A stretch of DNA of 64,000 nucleotides from an uncultured bacterium (GTDB taxonomy: Bacteria; Abyssobacteria; SURF-5): the NCBI GenBank assembly GCA_964450145.1, contig CAYVDS010000002.1, forward strand, positions 9,978-73,977, read 5' to 3'. Below are positions 28,017 to 35,656 of this stretch, piece by piece. Position numbers and translations under genes: made by a program. Under the pieces are notes generated by a model, which did not search any database, was not told the DNA's origin, and was given only the letters and a program-made list of their open reading frames with translations. Position 1 is the stretch's first letter, and each line of letters starts with the position of its first letter.

Positions 28017-28915
28017 ACCACGAGGCGATTCACGAGAAGGAGTTGGTATGTTCCGGGCACTACGCTTGCCAGGGATGCGGAGGCGTGATCGCGATGCGCC
28101 ATGCCCTTCGCGCGCTCGGCCCAAGGACTATCGTGGTGCTGCCGGCGTGCTGCTGGTCTGTAATAGCCGGGCCGTTCCCGTATTCCGCCCTCGGAGTGCC
28201 CGTGTTCCATGCGGCCTTTGAGACCGGCGGCTCGACGGCCTCCGGCGTCAGGGCTGCGCTCGACATCCAGGGCAAGATCGACATAAACGTGCTCGCGTGG
28301 GCGGGCGACGGCGGCACCTTCGACATCGGCCTGCAGTCGCTTTCAGGCGCGGTCGAACGCAACGAAAACATCATTTACGCATGCTATGATAATGAAGCCT
28401 ATATGAACACGGGCATACAGCGGAGTTCAGCTACGCCCTTGCGCACGTGGACGACAACGACGCCGGAACTCTACCCGAAGGAAACCCCGAAGAAGGATAT
28501 CGTGCAGATACTTGCGGGCCATAAAATCCCGTACGTCGCCACGACCTCAGTCGGGTTCCCGGACGATTTGCGCGCGAAATTCGAGAAGGCCAAAAGCATC
28601 GCGGGCACGAAATTCCTGCACGTGCTGTCGCCCTGCCCGCCGGGATGGAAGTATTCCTCCGAGTTGACCGTCACGGTCGCGAGGCTTGCGACCCACTGCA
28701 AGGTTTTCCCAATATATGAGGTGTTCGACGGCGAGCGGTACGTAATCAATATCGAGCCCGAGGGCAAGCCGGCCGCTGAATATCTCGCAATGCAGGCGCG
28801 CTTCTCGCACCTCACAAAGCGACAGGTCGAGGAGATACAAGCTCGCGTCGATTACGACTGGGAACACCTGCTCCATAAGGCGATGTTGGAGAAATTCGAG
28901 TTCGGGGAAGGCTGA
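28013..28915 (+). CDS. 2-oxoacid:ferredoxin oxidoreductase, beta (TPP-binding) subunit
   Basis: CSGHYACQGCGG, GDGGTFDIGLQSLSGAVERNENIIYACYDNEAYMNTGIQRS and PCPPGW. The ATG overlaps the alpha stop. Confidence 0.92.
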   Translation: MNHEAIHEKELVCSGHYACQGCGGVIAMRHALRALGPRTIVVLPACCWSVIAGPFPYSALGVPVFHAAFETGGSTASGVRAALDIQGKIDINVLAWAGDGGTFDIGLQSLSGAVERNENIIYACYDNEAYMNTGIQRSSATPLRTWTTTTPELYPKETPKKDIVQILAGHKIPYVATTSVGFPDDLRAKFEKAKSIAGTKFLHVLSPCPPGWKYSSELTVTVARLATHCKVFPIYEVFDGERYVINIEPEGKPAAEYLAMQARFSHLTKRQVEEIQARVDYDWEHLLHKAMLEKFEFGEG

Positions 28916-28940
28916 CCTACCCGAGGCCACAACCTCCTTA

Positions 28941-29017
28941 TCATTCCCGCGAAGGCGGGAATCCAGATTGGTTGTCGGCCACTTGCTAAATGGATTCCCG
29001 CTTTCGCGGGAATGACG
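28941..29017. repeat. Two R1 hairpin units in inverted orientation
   Basis: TCATTCCCGCgaagGCGGGAATCCA (28941-28965) and TGGATTCCCGCtttcGCGGGAATGACG (28991-29017), directly after the oxidoreductase operon. Confidence 0.75.
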
Positions 29018-29040
29018 TCGTGGTTACCTTTTCGGGTAAA

Positions 29041-29140
29041 CCATGAACCCTGAGCCTTAAACCCTGAACCAAGTTCCTTTGGAGTTCAACCCTGAACTCT
29101 GAACCGTTTCTTGACCAGAAACCTGAAACCTGAAACTGTT
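29041..29140. repeat. Longest heptad-periodic array, about 14 units (ccatgaa ccctgag ccttaaa ccctgaa ccaagtt cctttgg agttcaa ccctgaa ctctgaa ccgtttc ttgacca gaaacct gaaacct gaaactg)
   Basis: Exact 7-nt phase over 98 nt, read directly. It ends 4 nt before the ATG at 29145. Confidence 0.8.
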
Positions 29141-29144
29141 ATCT

Positions 29145-29405
29145 ATGTTGACATTTGACGTTTACCTTTGGGCCGCCGCACTCGCGGCCATCACATTGAT
29201 ACTGAACCTTCCCTTCGGGTTTCTCAGGGCGAAGGCAAAGAAGTATTCTCTGCGCTGGTTCCTGTGCATCCATTTGCCCATACCGTTCATTTATTACCTC
29301 CGCCATCTGTTCATGCTCACCGCATACGTCATTCCGCTTCTGGTCGTCGCCGCAGTCGTGGGACAGATTTGGGGCGGAAGAATCATGGGGTCGAAAAGTG
29401 CCTGA
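29145..29405 (+). CDS. Small three-helix membrane protein (86 aa)
   Basis: Track ORF, hydrophobic throughout. Its 3-prime end overlaps the GTG start of the next gene by 8 nt. Confidence 0.55.
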   Translation: MLTFDVYLWAAALAAITLILNLPFGFLRAKAKKYSLRWFLCIHLPIPFIYYLRHLFMLTAYVIPLLVVAAVVGQIWGGRIMGSKSA

Positions 29406-32019
29406 ACCTTTATCTCCTAAAATCCATCTCGCATTCAGGTTTCACGCCAATTTCTACCACTCCTATCGCGGCGACACACCGGACGAACTCGGGTTCGGAA
29501 AAGATATCCGGATAATACGGAATACCATCAAAGTGCTTGACGAGTTCAACGCAAAAGGTGTTCCCGCCCGAGGCACATGGGACATCGAGAACTATTTCTC
29601 CCTCGAAAAGATTATGCCTGAACATTGTCCCGACATTGTTGAGGCACTCAGGCGGCGAGTCGCAGAGGGCAAAGATGAAGTGCAGGCGATGTCGTACAAT
29701 AATGGGCTGCTGAGCGCTCAAACCGCAGCCGAGTTCGATCACGCAATAGGGCGCGCAATAACAAATGCCGGAGGCTCCGGCCTGCTCGACCTGTTCGGGC
29801 AGTTCGGTCCGATGGTCCGCCCGCAGGAGATGATGTACACGCCGATACACTTGAAAATGTATCCGCGCCACGGAATCAACTGCATCAGCCTTTATTACAG
29901 CTCAGTCCCGTTCAACGCATTCAGCAATTTCGTGAAGCCACTTCCCTTCGAACAGCGCTTCAATCCGCTGAAACTCGCATATCCGGACATCGAAGAAACG
30001 ATGACGCTATTGCCTGCATACAATCACGGCGACATAGCCGATAACATATCGCTTAAATACTGGCTCAAGCGGCTCAGACGCGAACAACTTTCGGTCCCCG
30101 AACCGAAGGACATCATCCTGCTGATAGACGCCGACGCGGACGACGAATACTGGTATGGTTACAATTGGCCCGTCGTAAGCAGATTCCTTGCCGCGGCGCG
30201 AGGCATCAAAGGCCTGATTGAGAGCGTGCGCGACCTCGACTACATAGTGTTTACTACGCCGAGCGAATACGTAAAGTCACATCCGGCCATTGGAGAAATA
30301 ATTATCGGACAGGATACCGCCGACGGCAGTTTCGACGGCTATTCGAGTTGGGCCGAAAAGTGGCCCAACCACCAACTGTGGACCGGTATCGAACGTTCGC
30401 GGATAATGGAGCTTCAGACCCGGCGATTGATGGAACAGACCGGCGGGGAGGGACGCGCGGAGGTCGAGCGACTCATCGCGGAGTCATACGAGGCGCGCCT
30501 CAGGTCGCTCTCGACGACCCACTTCGGATTGGCCTCGCCCGTGCTGAACGTCACCCGTCTCAAAGCTGCCGCGAGTCTGGTGCGCAACTCGGTTAACAAG
30601 GCGGCACTCGCTTTCGAGAAGGCCGCTCAACATTTCGTCGAGAATGCACAAAATGAAGAGACGCAGGATTCAGCAAAATTTGCGCTATTCGACTATGCGC
30701 GTGGAGTATCAACGAATACGATCACGTATCGGACGAAACCGTCTCGAGCTCTCGTGAGGCTGCCGCTGTCGGATTCTGTCCCCTCAACTGCGGATATGGG
30801 CTTGGTGGGCGCGGATGGACACAGGCTTCCGTGCGCGGTCAAGAGTGCGACAGCGGGAGCAGGAAGTTTGGGTTCGGAACTCCTGTTTGTTGAGACCCTG
30901 AATGGCGGCGAACGAAAAGATTACTCGCTCAACCTTGGAAATGGGAGTGCAGAGCTTATTCGGGGATATGATGCTCTTATTCGGGGACATGATGCCTCAT
31001 CGTGTCCCCGAATAAGCACAGACAAACCCGCATCAGTCTGCACTGGGAGGCTGGGAAATGAGTTTATTCGCCTCGAATTCGACAAACTCATGCAGCCGAC
31101 TGGCCTTGCCTTTCGTGGAATCGAATTTGCCGAAGGCATATTCACGCGGAGCGCAATCAACTACGACGAACGCATAGCCGAACCCGCTCGCTGGACCACT
31201 GTCGAGTCGGCGGTCACTGGCGACGGACTTGTCGCCTTTGAGCGGCTCAAAGCTGAGATTCCGTTTGAGGCGGCTGGCGAGAAACGAGTCGAGGCTGAGC
31301 GCGAATTCCTGGTCGCTTCCGGTCTGCCGTACCTTTACGTCACAACGCGCGTCAGATATCCCCAGACCCGCTCGAACAACTATAAGAAAGCCAGAGCGCG
31401 CAGGCTTGAGCAAACATACGACGGCAACTGGCTCGAGGTCATGCCGTGCGAGTTGAGACCCGCCCTCTTTGGGAAGAAAGAGAAACCGCTCCGGATATGG
31501 AAACACAATTATTGCGGCCACGTGAGTTCCTACAATCTTGATTACGCGGAATTTTCGAAAAATGCTGAGGTGGACTCTTTCAATAATCATGTTACCCACG
31601 CATGGGTCGCCGTGTCGGACCAGGAGAAAGGGCTGCTGGTCGCGCAGACGGCAAATTTCAACACTTCACTCGCTTTCTGTCCAATGCGCACAAGGGCGAG
31701 CCGCAAAGGGCTTCGCATCTTTCTGAATCCGTTCGGCAGCTATTACGGGAGACAACTGGACTACGTGACCGCCTCCACCGGGCTTGGAAAGCGAATCGCG
31801 CTTGCTATGGCGGACCAGCTTGATCCTTATGCTCCATCGTACAACGGACACGAGCAGAGCTTCTCGTTGCTGATTGCGCCTTACGAGGGCGATAAGCCTC
31901 CCGAGGAAATCAGGCGCGATGCCGAAGCGTTCGCGTATCCGTACGCAATCGCCACGAAGTCGGAAATCATCAAAACACCTGAACACAGAAAGTGGACATA
32001 TATGCCTGCAGCCTTTTAA
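29398..32019 (+). CDS. Large GH57/GH38-like (NodB-fold superfamily) carbohydrate-active protein carrying an in-frame R2 repeat
   Basis: 873 aa. The N-terminal IHLAFRFHANFYHSYRGD...DIENYFS...EVQAMSYNNG resembles GH57-type barrels, but the function is uncertain. Residues ELIRGYDALIRGHDASSCPRIS are encoded by the repeat at 30955-31016. Confidence 0.7.
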   Translation: MPEPLSPKIHLAFRFHANFYHSYRGDTPDELGFGKDIRIIRNTIKVLDEFNAKGVPARGTWDIENYFSLEKIMPEHCPDIVEALRRRVAEGKDEVQAMSYNNGLLSAQTAAEFDHAIGRAITNAGGSGLLDLFGQFGPMVRPQEMMYTPIHLKMYPRHGINCISLYYSSVPFNAFSNFVKPLPFEQRFNPLKLAYPDIEETMTLLPAYNHGDIADNISLKYWLKRLRREQLSVPEPKDIILLIDADADDEYWYGYNWPVVSRFLAAARGIKGLIESVRDLDYIVFTTPSEYVKSHPAIGEIIIGQDTADGSFDGYSSWAEKWPNHQLWTGIERSRIMELQTRRLMEQTGGEGRAEVERLIAESYEARLRSLSTTHFGLASPVLNVTRLKAAASLVRNSVNKAALAFEKAAQHFVENAQNEETQDSAKFALFDYARGVSTNTITYRTKPSRALVRLPLSDSVPSTADMGLVGADGHRLPCAVKSATAGAGSLGSELLFVETLNGGERKDYSLNLGNGSAELIRGYDALIRGHDASSCPRISTDKPASVCTGRLGNEFIRLEFDKLMQPTGLAFRGIEFAEGIFTRSAINYDERIAEPARWTTVESAVTGDGLVAFERLKAEIPFEAAGEKRVEAEREFLVASGLPYLYVTTRVRYPQTRSNNYKKARARRLEQTYDGNWLEVMPCELRPALFGKKEKPLRIWKHNYCGHVSSYNLDYAEFSKNAEVDSFNNHVTHAWVAVSDQEKGLLVAQTANFNTSLAFCPMRTRASRKGLRIFLNPFGSYYGRQLDYVTASTGLGKRIALAMADQLDPYAPSYNGHEQSFSLLIAPYEGDKPPEEIRRDAEAFAYPYAIATKSEIIKTPEHRKWTYMPAAF
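30955..31016. repeat. R2 hairpin repeat (1.5 copies) inside a CDS, in frame
   Basis: CTTATTCGGGGATATGATGCT + CTTATTCGGGGACATGATGcctCATCGTGTCCCCGAATAAG. This is the same family as 20127, 32016 and 57986. Confidence 0.8.
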
Positions 32020-32056
32020 TTCGAGGACACCTTGCCGCAAGGTGTCCCCGAATTAA
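32016..32056. repeat. R2 hairpin repeat, CTTGCCGCAAGG-loop subtype
   Basis: TTAATTCGAGGACACCttgccgcaaGGTGTCCCCGAATTAA. The TAA stop of the GH57-like gene (32017-32019) lies in its left arm. Confidence 0.75.
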
Positions 32057-32074
32057 GGGAGAAAGGAACATACC

Positions 32075-32713
32075 ATGAACGACCCAAAATGCGCATACTG
32101 CGGAAAACTCAATTGCATGCAATCGGCCCCTTCGTCCGAGCCGCCCGATTTCTGTCCGATGCAGAACTTTGCCGACACCATATCGACCACTATTGCCGAG
32201 TATAACAATGATCCCGAGAAGAACAAGCTCGCACTCGCGGCCGCGCGAGTCGAAGGCGAGGGTTACGGCCGCTGGAGCCGCGTCGAGGAAACGATTGTGT
32301 TCGCCAGAAAAATCGGCGCGAAGAAGATCGGCATCGCCACCTGCATTGGCCTGCTTAAAGAATCGCAAATGCTGATGCGGATTCTCGAGGAGAATGACTT
32401 ACAGCCTGTGAGCGTCTGTTGCAAGACGGGCGGCAAGGACAAGACCGAAATCGGTCTGAAGCAGGAGGAGAAAATCGCGGAAGGCTTCTTCGAGGCGATC
32501 TGCAACCCGGTGGCGCAGGCGCGCATTCTGAATGAGGCCGGCACGGACATGAATATCATTATGGGCCTGTGCGTGGGCCACGACATGCTTTTCTTGAAAG
32601 AGGCCAAAGCGCCCACGACCGTGCTCGTCGTCAAGGACCGCGTGACCGGGCACAATCCCGCCGCCGCGCTTTACAATAGCCATTTCTACTATAGAAAGCT
32701 CTTTTCCCTGTAA
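32075..32713 (+). CDS. DUF1847 metal-binding protein
   Basis: N-terminal CAYCGKLNC...FCP. Also KKIGIATCIGLLKESQ, VCCKTGG, ICNPVAQARILNEAGTDMNIIMGLCVGHDMLF and VVKDRVTGHNPAAALY, matching the DUF1847 pattern. Confidence 0.75.
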   Translation: MNDPKCAYCGKLNCMQSAPSSEPPDFCPMQNFADTISTTIAEYNNDPEKNKLALAAARVEGEGYGRWSRVEETIVFARKIGAKKIGIATCIGLLKESQMLMRILEENDLQPVSVCCKTGGKDKTEIGLKQEEKIAEGFFEAICNPVAQARILNEAGTDMNIIMGLCVGHDMLFLKEAKAPTTVLVVKDRVTGHNPAAALYNSHFYYRKLFSL

Positions 32714-32717
32714 AACA

Positions 32718-32890
32718 GGGACAGACCAACAGCAAAGGGTCTGTGAAACTGTCCCGTAATTCTGTAGGTGCGAATTTATTCGCAGTCGCAACGCAGAAAG
32801 AGCCTGAGAATATTGTGCGAATAGATTCGCACAGAATTATGTCATGCTGGCCAATTACGGGACAGTCTCTCTGTCCCCGTTCATTCTCTT
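32718..32890. repeat. Nested composite repeat: R4 hairpin, R3 element, R4 half-site (second copy of this architecture)
   Basis: GGGACAGACCaacagcaaaGGGTCTGTgaaaCTGTCCCGTAATTCTGTAGGTGCGAATTTATTCGCA...TGCGAATAGATTCGCACAGAATTA...TTACGGGACAGtctctCTGTCCCCGTTCATTCTC. Confidence 0.8.
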
Positions 32891-32891
32891 G

Positions 32892-32928
32892 AAACAAAAA
32901 CCCCCGCACCTTGTGAAAAGATGCGGGG
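32892..32928 (-). terminator. Rho-independent terminator of the cold-shock gene
   Basis: The minus strand reads CCCCGCAtcttttcacaaggTGCGGGGGTTTTTGTTT, about 28 nt after the stop. Confidence 0.8.
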
Positions 32929-32955
32929 ATTCGTCCGCAGCAATTATGGAGACCC

Positions 32956-33156
32956 TTACAGCTTCACCACGTTTTCTGCTTTGAGCCCTTTGGGGCCTTC
33001 GACCGTCTCAAACCGGACCCGGTCATTCTCGGCGAGGGTCTTGGAGCCCCCACCCTGAATGGACGTATGGTGTACGAACACATCTGGACCATTGTCCTGG
33101 GTAATGAACCCGTAACCCTTCTGATTGTTAAACCACTTTACTGTTCCTTCTGGCAA
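32956..33156 (-). CDS. CspA-family cold-shock protein
   Basis: (TTG)[32 protein letters not shown] carries the RNP1/RNP2 motifs. The SD GGAGGTG lies 7 nt upstream. Confidence 0.95.
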   Translation of the reverse strand: MPEGTVKWFNNQKGYGFITQDNGPDVFVHHTSIQGGGSKTLAENDRVRFETVEGPKGLKAENVVKL

Positions 33157-33198
33157 ACTACATTCACCTCCTTACTTGAAATTGATGTCTGTGTTTTC

Positions 33199-33239
33199 AA
33201 ATAAAAAGATCCGTAAGAGCCGACCAACAACTCTTACGG
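33199..33239 (-). terminator. Terminator-like hairpin plus U-run inside the csp leader (possible attenuator)
   Basis: The minus strand reads CCGTAAGAGttgttggtcggCTCTTACGGATCTTTTTATTT. It lies between the predicted csp promoter and the start codon. Confidence 0.5.
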
Positions 33240-33294
33240 ACATTCGCTAACTCCTTCATAAACTCGACGCCGACAACTTCGCTCTTCGGCGAAA

Positions 33295-33324
33295 AATATA
33301 CCATACCCCCCTATTTCTTGTCAA
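33295..33324 (-). promoter_or_regulatory. Near-consensus sigma-70 promoter (TTGACA-N18-TATATT with TGg extended -10)
   Basis: The minus strand reads gcgcTTGACAagaaataggggggtaTGgTATATTtttcg, just after the stop of the upstream gene and about 135 nt before the csp start. Confidence 0.6.
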
Positions 33325-33341
33325 GCGCGCACACGCTGTTT

Positions 33342-34787
33342 TCAGGCTCTCAGCGACAAATACCTCTGATATTCACTCAAATTATACGCCGCCATTGCGG
33401 CCTCGTCGAACGTTGGAAATGTGGGAATCCCCGCGTGCGCGTATCTCTGTTGAGCCTCGCGGCGGAGTATGTCACCTTCAAGTGTTTGCCCGCCCGTCAG
33501 AACGAGGAACAGCGGCTTCTTGAGTTCGCGCGCGCCCTCGATTGTCATTTGAACGGCAATATCGAGGAAAACCCGCTCGCGCCTCAGCGCCCATTCCGCC
33601 CGCTGCATATAAACGAGAGCGTCAACAAGCGGGTCGTCGCGCAACAGCTCTATCATCCTCCTAAAATGGTCGGGATTCACGAGCACGCTGAATATGTCCA
33701 GCGGATTCTTCACACTCTGACCATGCACCGGCACAAATTCTTCAAGTCCACGAATAGTCGCCTCGGAGAGATGCGGCACTTTCAGGCCTGCCCGTTCAGC
33801 CGCGTCGGTCATCGTCACGCTCCCGCCGCCCGCCCCGCCCACGATCGCCACGTTCGCCCCTTTCGGCGGGGTCAGGTCTTGCAATGCTACAATGGTGGAT
33901 GCGAGTTCCTCAATCGAGTCGACTGAAATGATTCCCGTCTGTCTGCACAGCGCGCGCCACAGATGTTGGGAGCCGGCTATCGAGGCCGTGTGGGAACTGA
34001 CCGCCCTCGAGCCGCCCTCGGTCTGACCGCCTTTCCATACAACCAGAGGTTTTTTCACGGTGAGCGTCTTCGCTATCTCGAAAAACGCCCGGCCGTCCTT
34101 GAGTCCTTCAATATACGCGCCAACGATTTTCGTCTTTTCGTCTTCGGCAAGATACTTCAGAAAATCGTGGCATTGAAGATCGCTTGCGTTCCCGTAGCTG
34201 ATAACCTTGCTGAATGTGATGCCTCTCGGCCTGCCCACTTCAACGAAGTGGCCCGCGAGTTGACCGCTCTGCGAAACGAATGCGACAGGGCCGCTGTCGG
34301 CCGGGAAATCCTTCACCCACGCGACGCCTCCATCGGGGCAATAAACACCCATGCAATTGGGACCGACAACCCGCACGCCTCCATCCTGCGCGAGCGCAGC
34401 GAGGTCACATTCGAGCTTCGCTCTGTCCTCGAGGCCTGTTTCACTGAAACCGGCGGTGAATATGTGGACGAACTTGACCCGCTTCTTGACGCAATCCGCC
34501 ATGACATTCATCACGGCAGAAGCGGGCACGCTGAAGATCGCAAGGTCCACTTCGTCGGGAATTTCGCAAACGCTTTTGCATGCCTTCAGGCCAAGCACGG
34601 TTTCGGCCTTCGGATGCACCGGATACACCTTTCCCCGATAGTTCTGTTTGACAAGACCTTCGATAAACGTCTTCCCGCCCCAACGGAACGGGTCGCCGTC
34701 AGGAGATGCTCCCACGACCGCGATGGTTTTCGGATAAAAAAGGGCGTCCAGCTTGTTGTTTGTATGCGTGTTCGCATCGACTGCCAT
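33342..34787 (-). CDS. ADP-forming acyl-CoA synthetase alpha-like protein (CoA-binding plus succinyl-CoA-ligase-like domains)
   Basis: LFYPKTIAVVGASPD, RVVGPNCMGVY, VAFVSQSGQL, ISYGNASDL and SHTASIAGS, typical of AcdA-type enzymes. No ATP-grasp partner is present in the window. Confidence 0.8.
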   Translation of the reverse strand: MAVDANTHTNNKLDALFYPKTIAVVGASPDGDPFRWGGKTFIEGLVKQNYRGKVYPVHPKAETVLGLKACKSVCEIPDEVDLAIFSVPASAVMNVMADCVKKRVKFVHIFTAGFSETGLEDRAKLECDLAALAQDGGVRVVGPNCMGVYCPDGGVAWVKDFPADSGPVAFVSQSGQLAGHFVEVGRPRGITFSKVISYGNASDLQCHDFLKYLAEDEKTKIVGAYIEGLKDGRAFFEIAKTLTVKKPLVVWKGGQTEGGSRAVSSHTASIAGSQHLWRALCRQTGIISVDSIEELASTIVALQDLTPPKGANVAIVGGAGGGSVTMTDAAERAGLKVPHLSEATIRGLEEFVPVHGQSVKNPLDIFSVLVNPDHFRRMIELLRDDPLVDALVYMQRAEWALRRERVFLDIAVQMTIEGARELKKPLFLVLTGGQTLEGDILRREAQQRYAHAGIPTFPTFDEAAMAAYNLSEYQRYLSLRA

Positions 34788-34980
34788 CGAGTTACCTCCG
34801 AATTCCGCTCATAAAAGGGAGAATGCCTATCTTGGGCGCTGGGATAAGATCGGGACCATCTTAGGGGCGATGGGAATGATTCTGCCACAATAACGGCATC
34901 AGTATAACATACGAAGACGCCGATGTCCATTTTAATAAAGGGGAACAGGAGACTGTCCCGCAATTCCTGCGGGTGCTTTT

Positions 34981-35029
34981 CACTCTTCACCCGTCACTCT
35001 TCCCACTTCTCCTCCCATTCATCATTCCC
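34981..35029. repeat. Heptad-periodic array, 7 units (cactctt cacccgt cactctt cccactt ctcctcc cattcat cattccc)
   Basis: Read directly, in the divergent intergenic region. Confidence 0.6.
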
Positions 35030-35119
35030 TGCAATAACTGTCCGAAATGAGTCGGATATGCCACAGTTATTGAAGTAAGGATTGCTGCAATTCAAGACTT
35101 ACGCGAAAGGGCTAATAAG

Positions 35120-35332
35120 ATGACAAAAACAAACACAAACAACAAAGAATTGATTATCATACGTACCTTCGATGCGCCTATCGAACAGGTGTGGAAAGCA
35201 TGGACTGACCCTGAGACGCTTAAGAAATGGTGGGGGCCGAAAGCGTCTCTCTTGAAACGATCACGACCACCGTTATGCTTGACTACAACCCTTTTTAACT
35301 CCCACAGTACTACGGATACGCTCGATTCTTGA
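35120..35332 (+). pseudogene. Truncated SRPBCC/AHSA1-family gene fragment
   Basis: The first ~35 codons ([32 protein letters not shown]) match the conserved N-terminus of Aha1-like SRPBCC proteins. The rest is unrelated low-complexity sequence that ends early. Confidence 0.55.
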
Positions 35333-35424
35333 CAGCCAACCACTACTATTTTTACTTACAAATGTCAAGCTCTTCGCCTTTGTGGTTCATCTCCTTGGAT
35401 CGTCTTCAGGGAGCTTTCGTATCT

Positions 35425-35525
35425 CTGTTTCACCTTCGTGTCTCTTCGTGGATTCCTTTCGCCCTTCGCCTGTCCTCATCGGCGTTCATCTGCGTTCATC
35501 GGCGGTTCCCTTGCTTCTCCTTTGT
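35425..35525. repeat. Pyrimidine-rich short-period repeat tract including the R6 motif CATCGGCGTTCATCTGCGTTCATCGGCGGTTCC
   Basis: Read directly. R6-like motifs recur at 63351-63393 and 63559-63589. Confidence 0.5.
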
Positions 35526-35571
35526 TCAATCCAGGGCGTCGTACACCGCCCTCTCTATTCCCGTTTTACGC

Positions 35572-35601
35572 TTGACAAAGCATTCACGCTTTTGATAAAC
35601 T
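35572..35601 (+). promoter_or_regulatory. Sigma-70-type promoter of the hrcA operon (TTGACA-N18-TAAACT)
   Basis: cTTGACAaagcattcacgcttttgaTAAACTttcg, 10 nt upstream of CIRCE. Confidence 0.6.
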
Positions 35602-35611
35602 TTCGTAAGGT

Positions 35612-35638
35612 TTAGCACTCCGTCGCGGAGAGTGCCAA
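35612..35638. promoter_or_regulatory. CIRCE operator (HrcA binding site)
   Basis: TTAGCACTC-cgtcgcgga-GAGTGCcAA compared with the consensus TTAGCACTC-N9-GAGTGCTAA. It lies 19 nt before hrcA. Confidence 0.9.
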
Positions 35639-35656
35639 AAGGCGAGACGAATCAAA

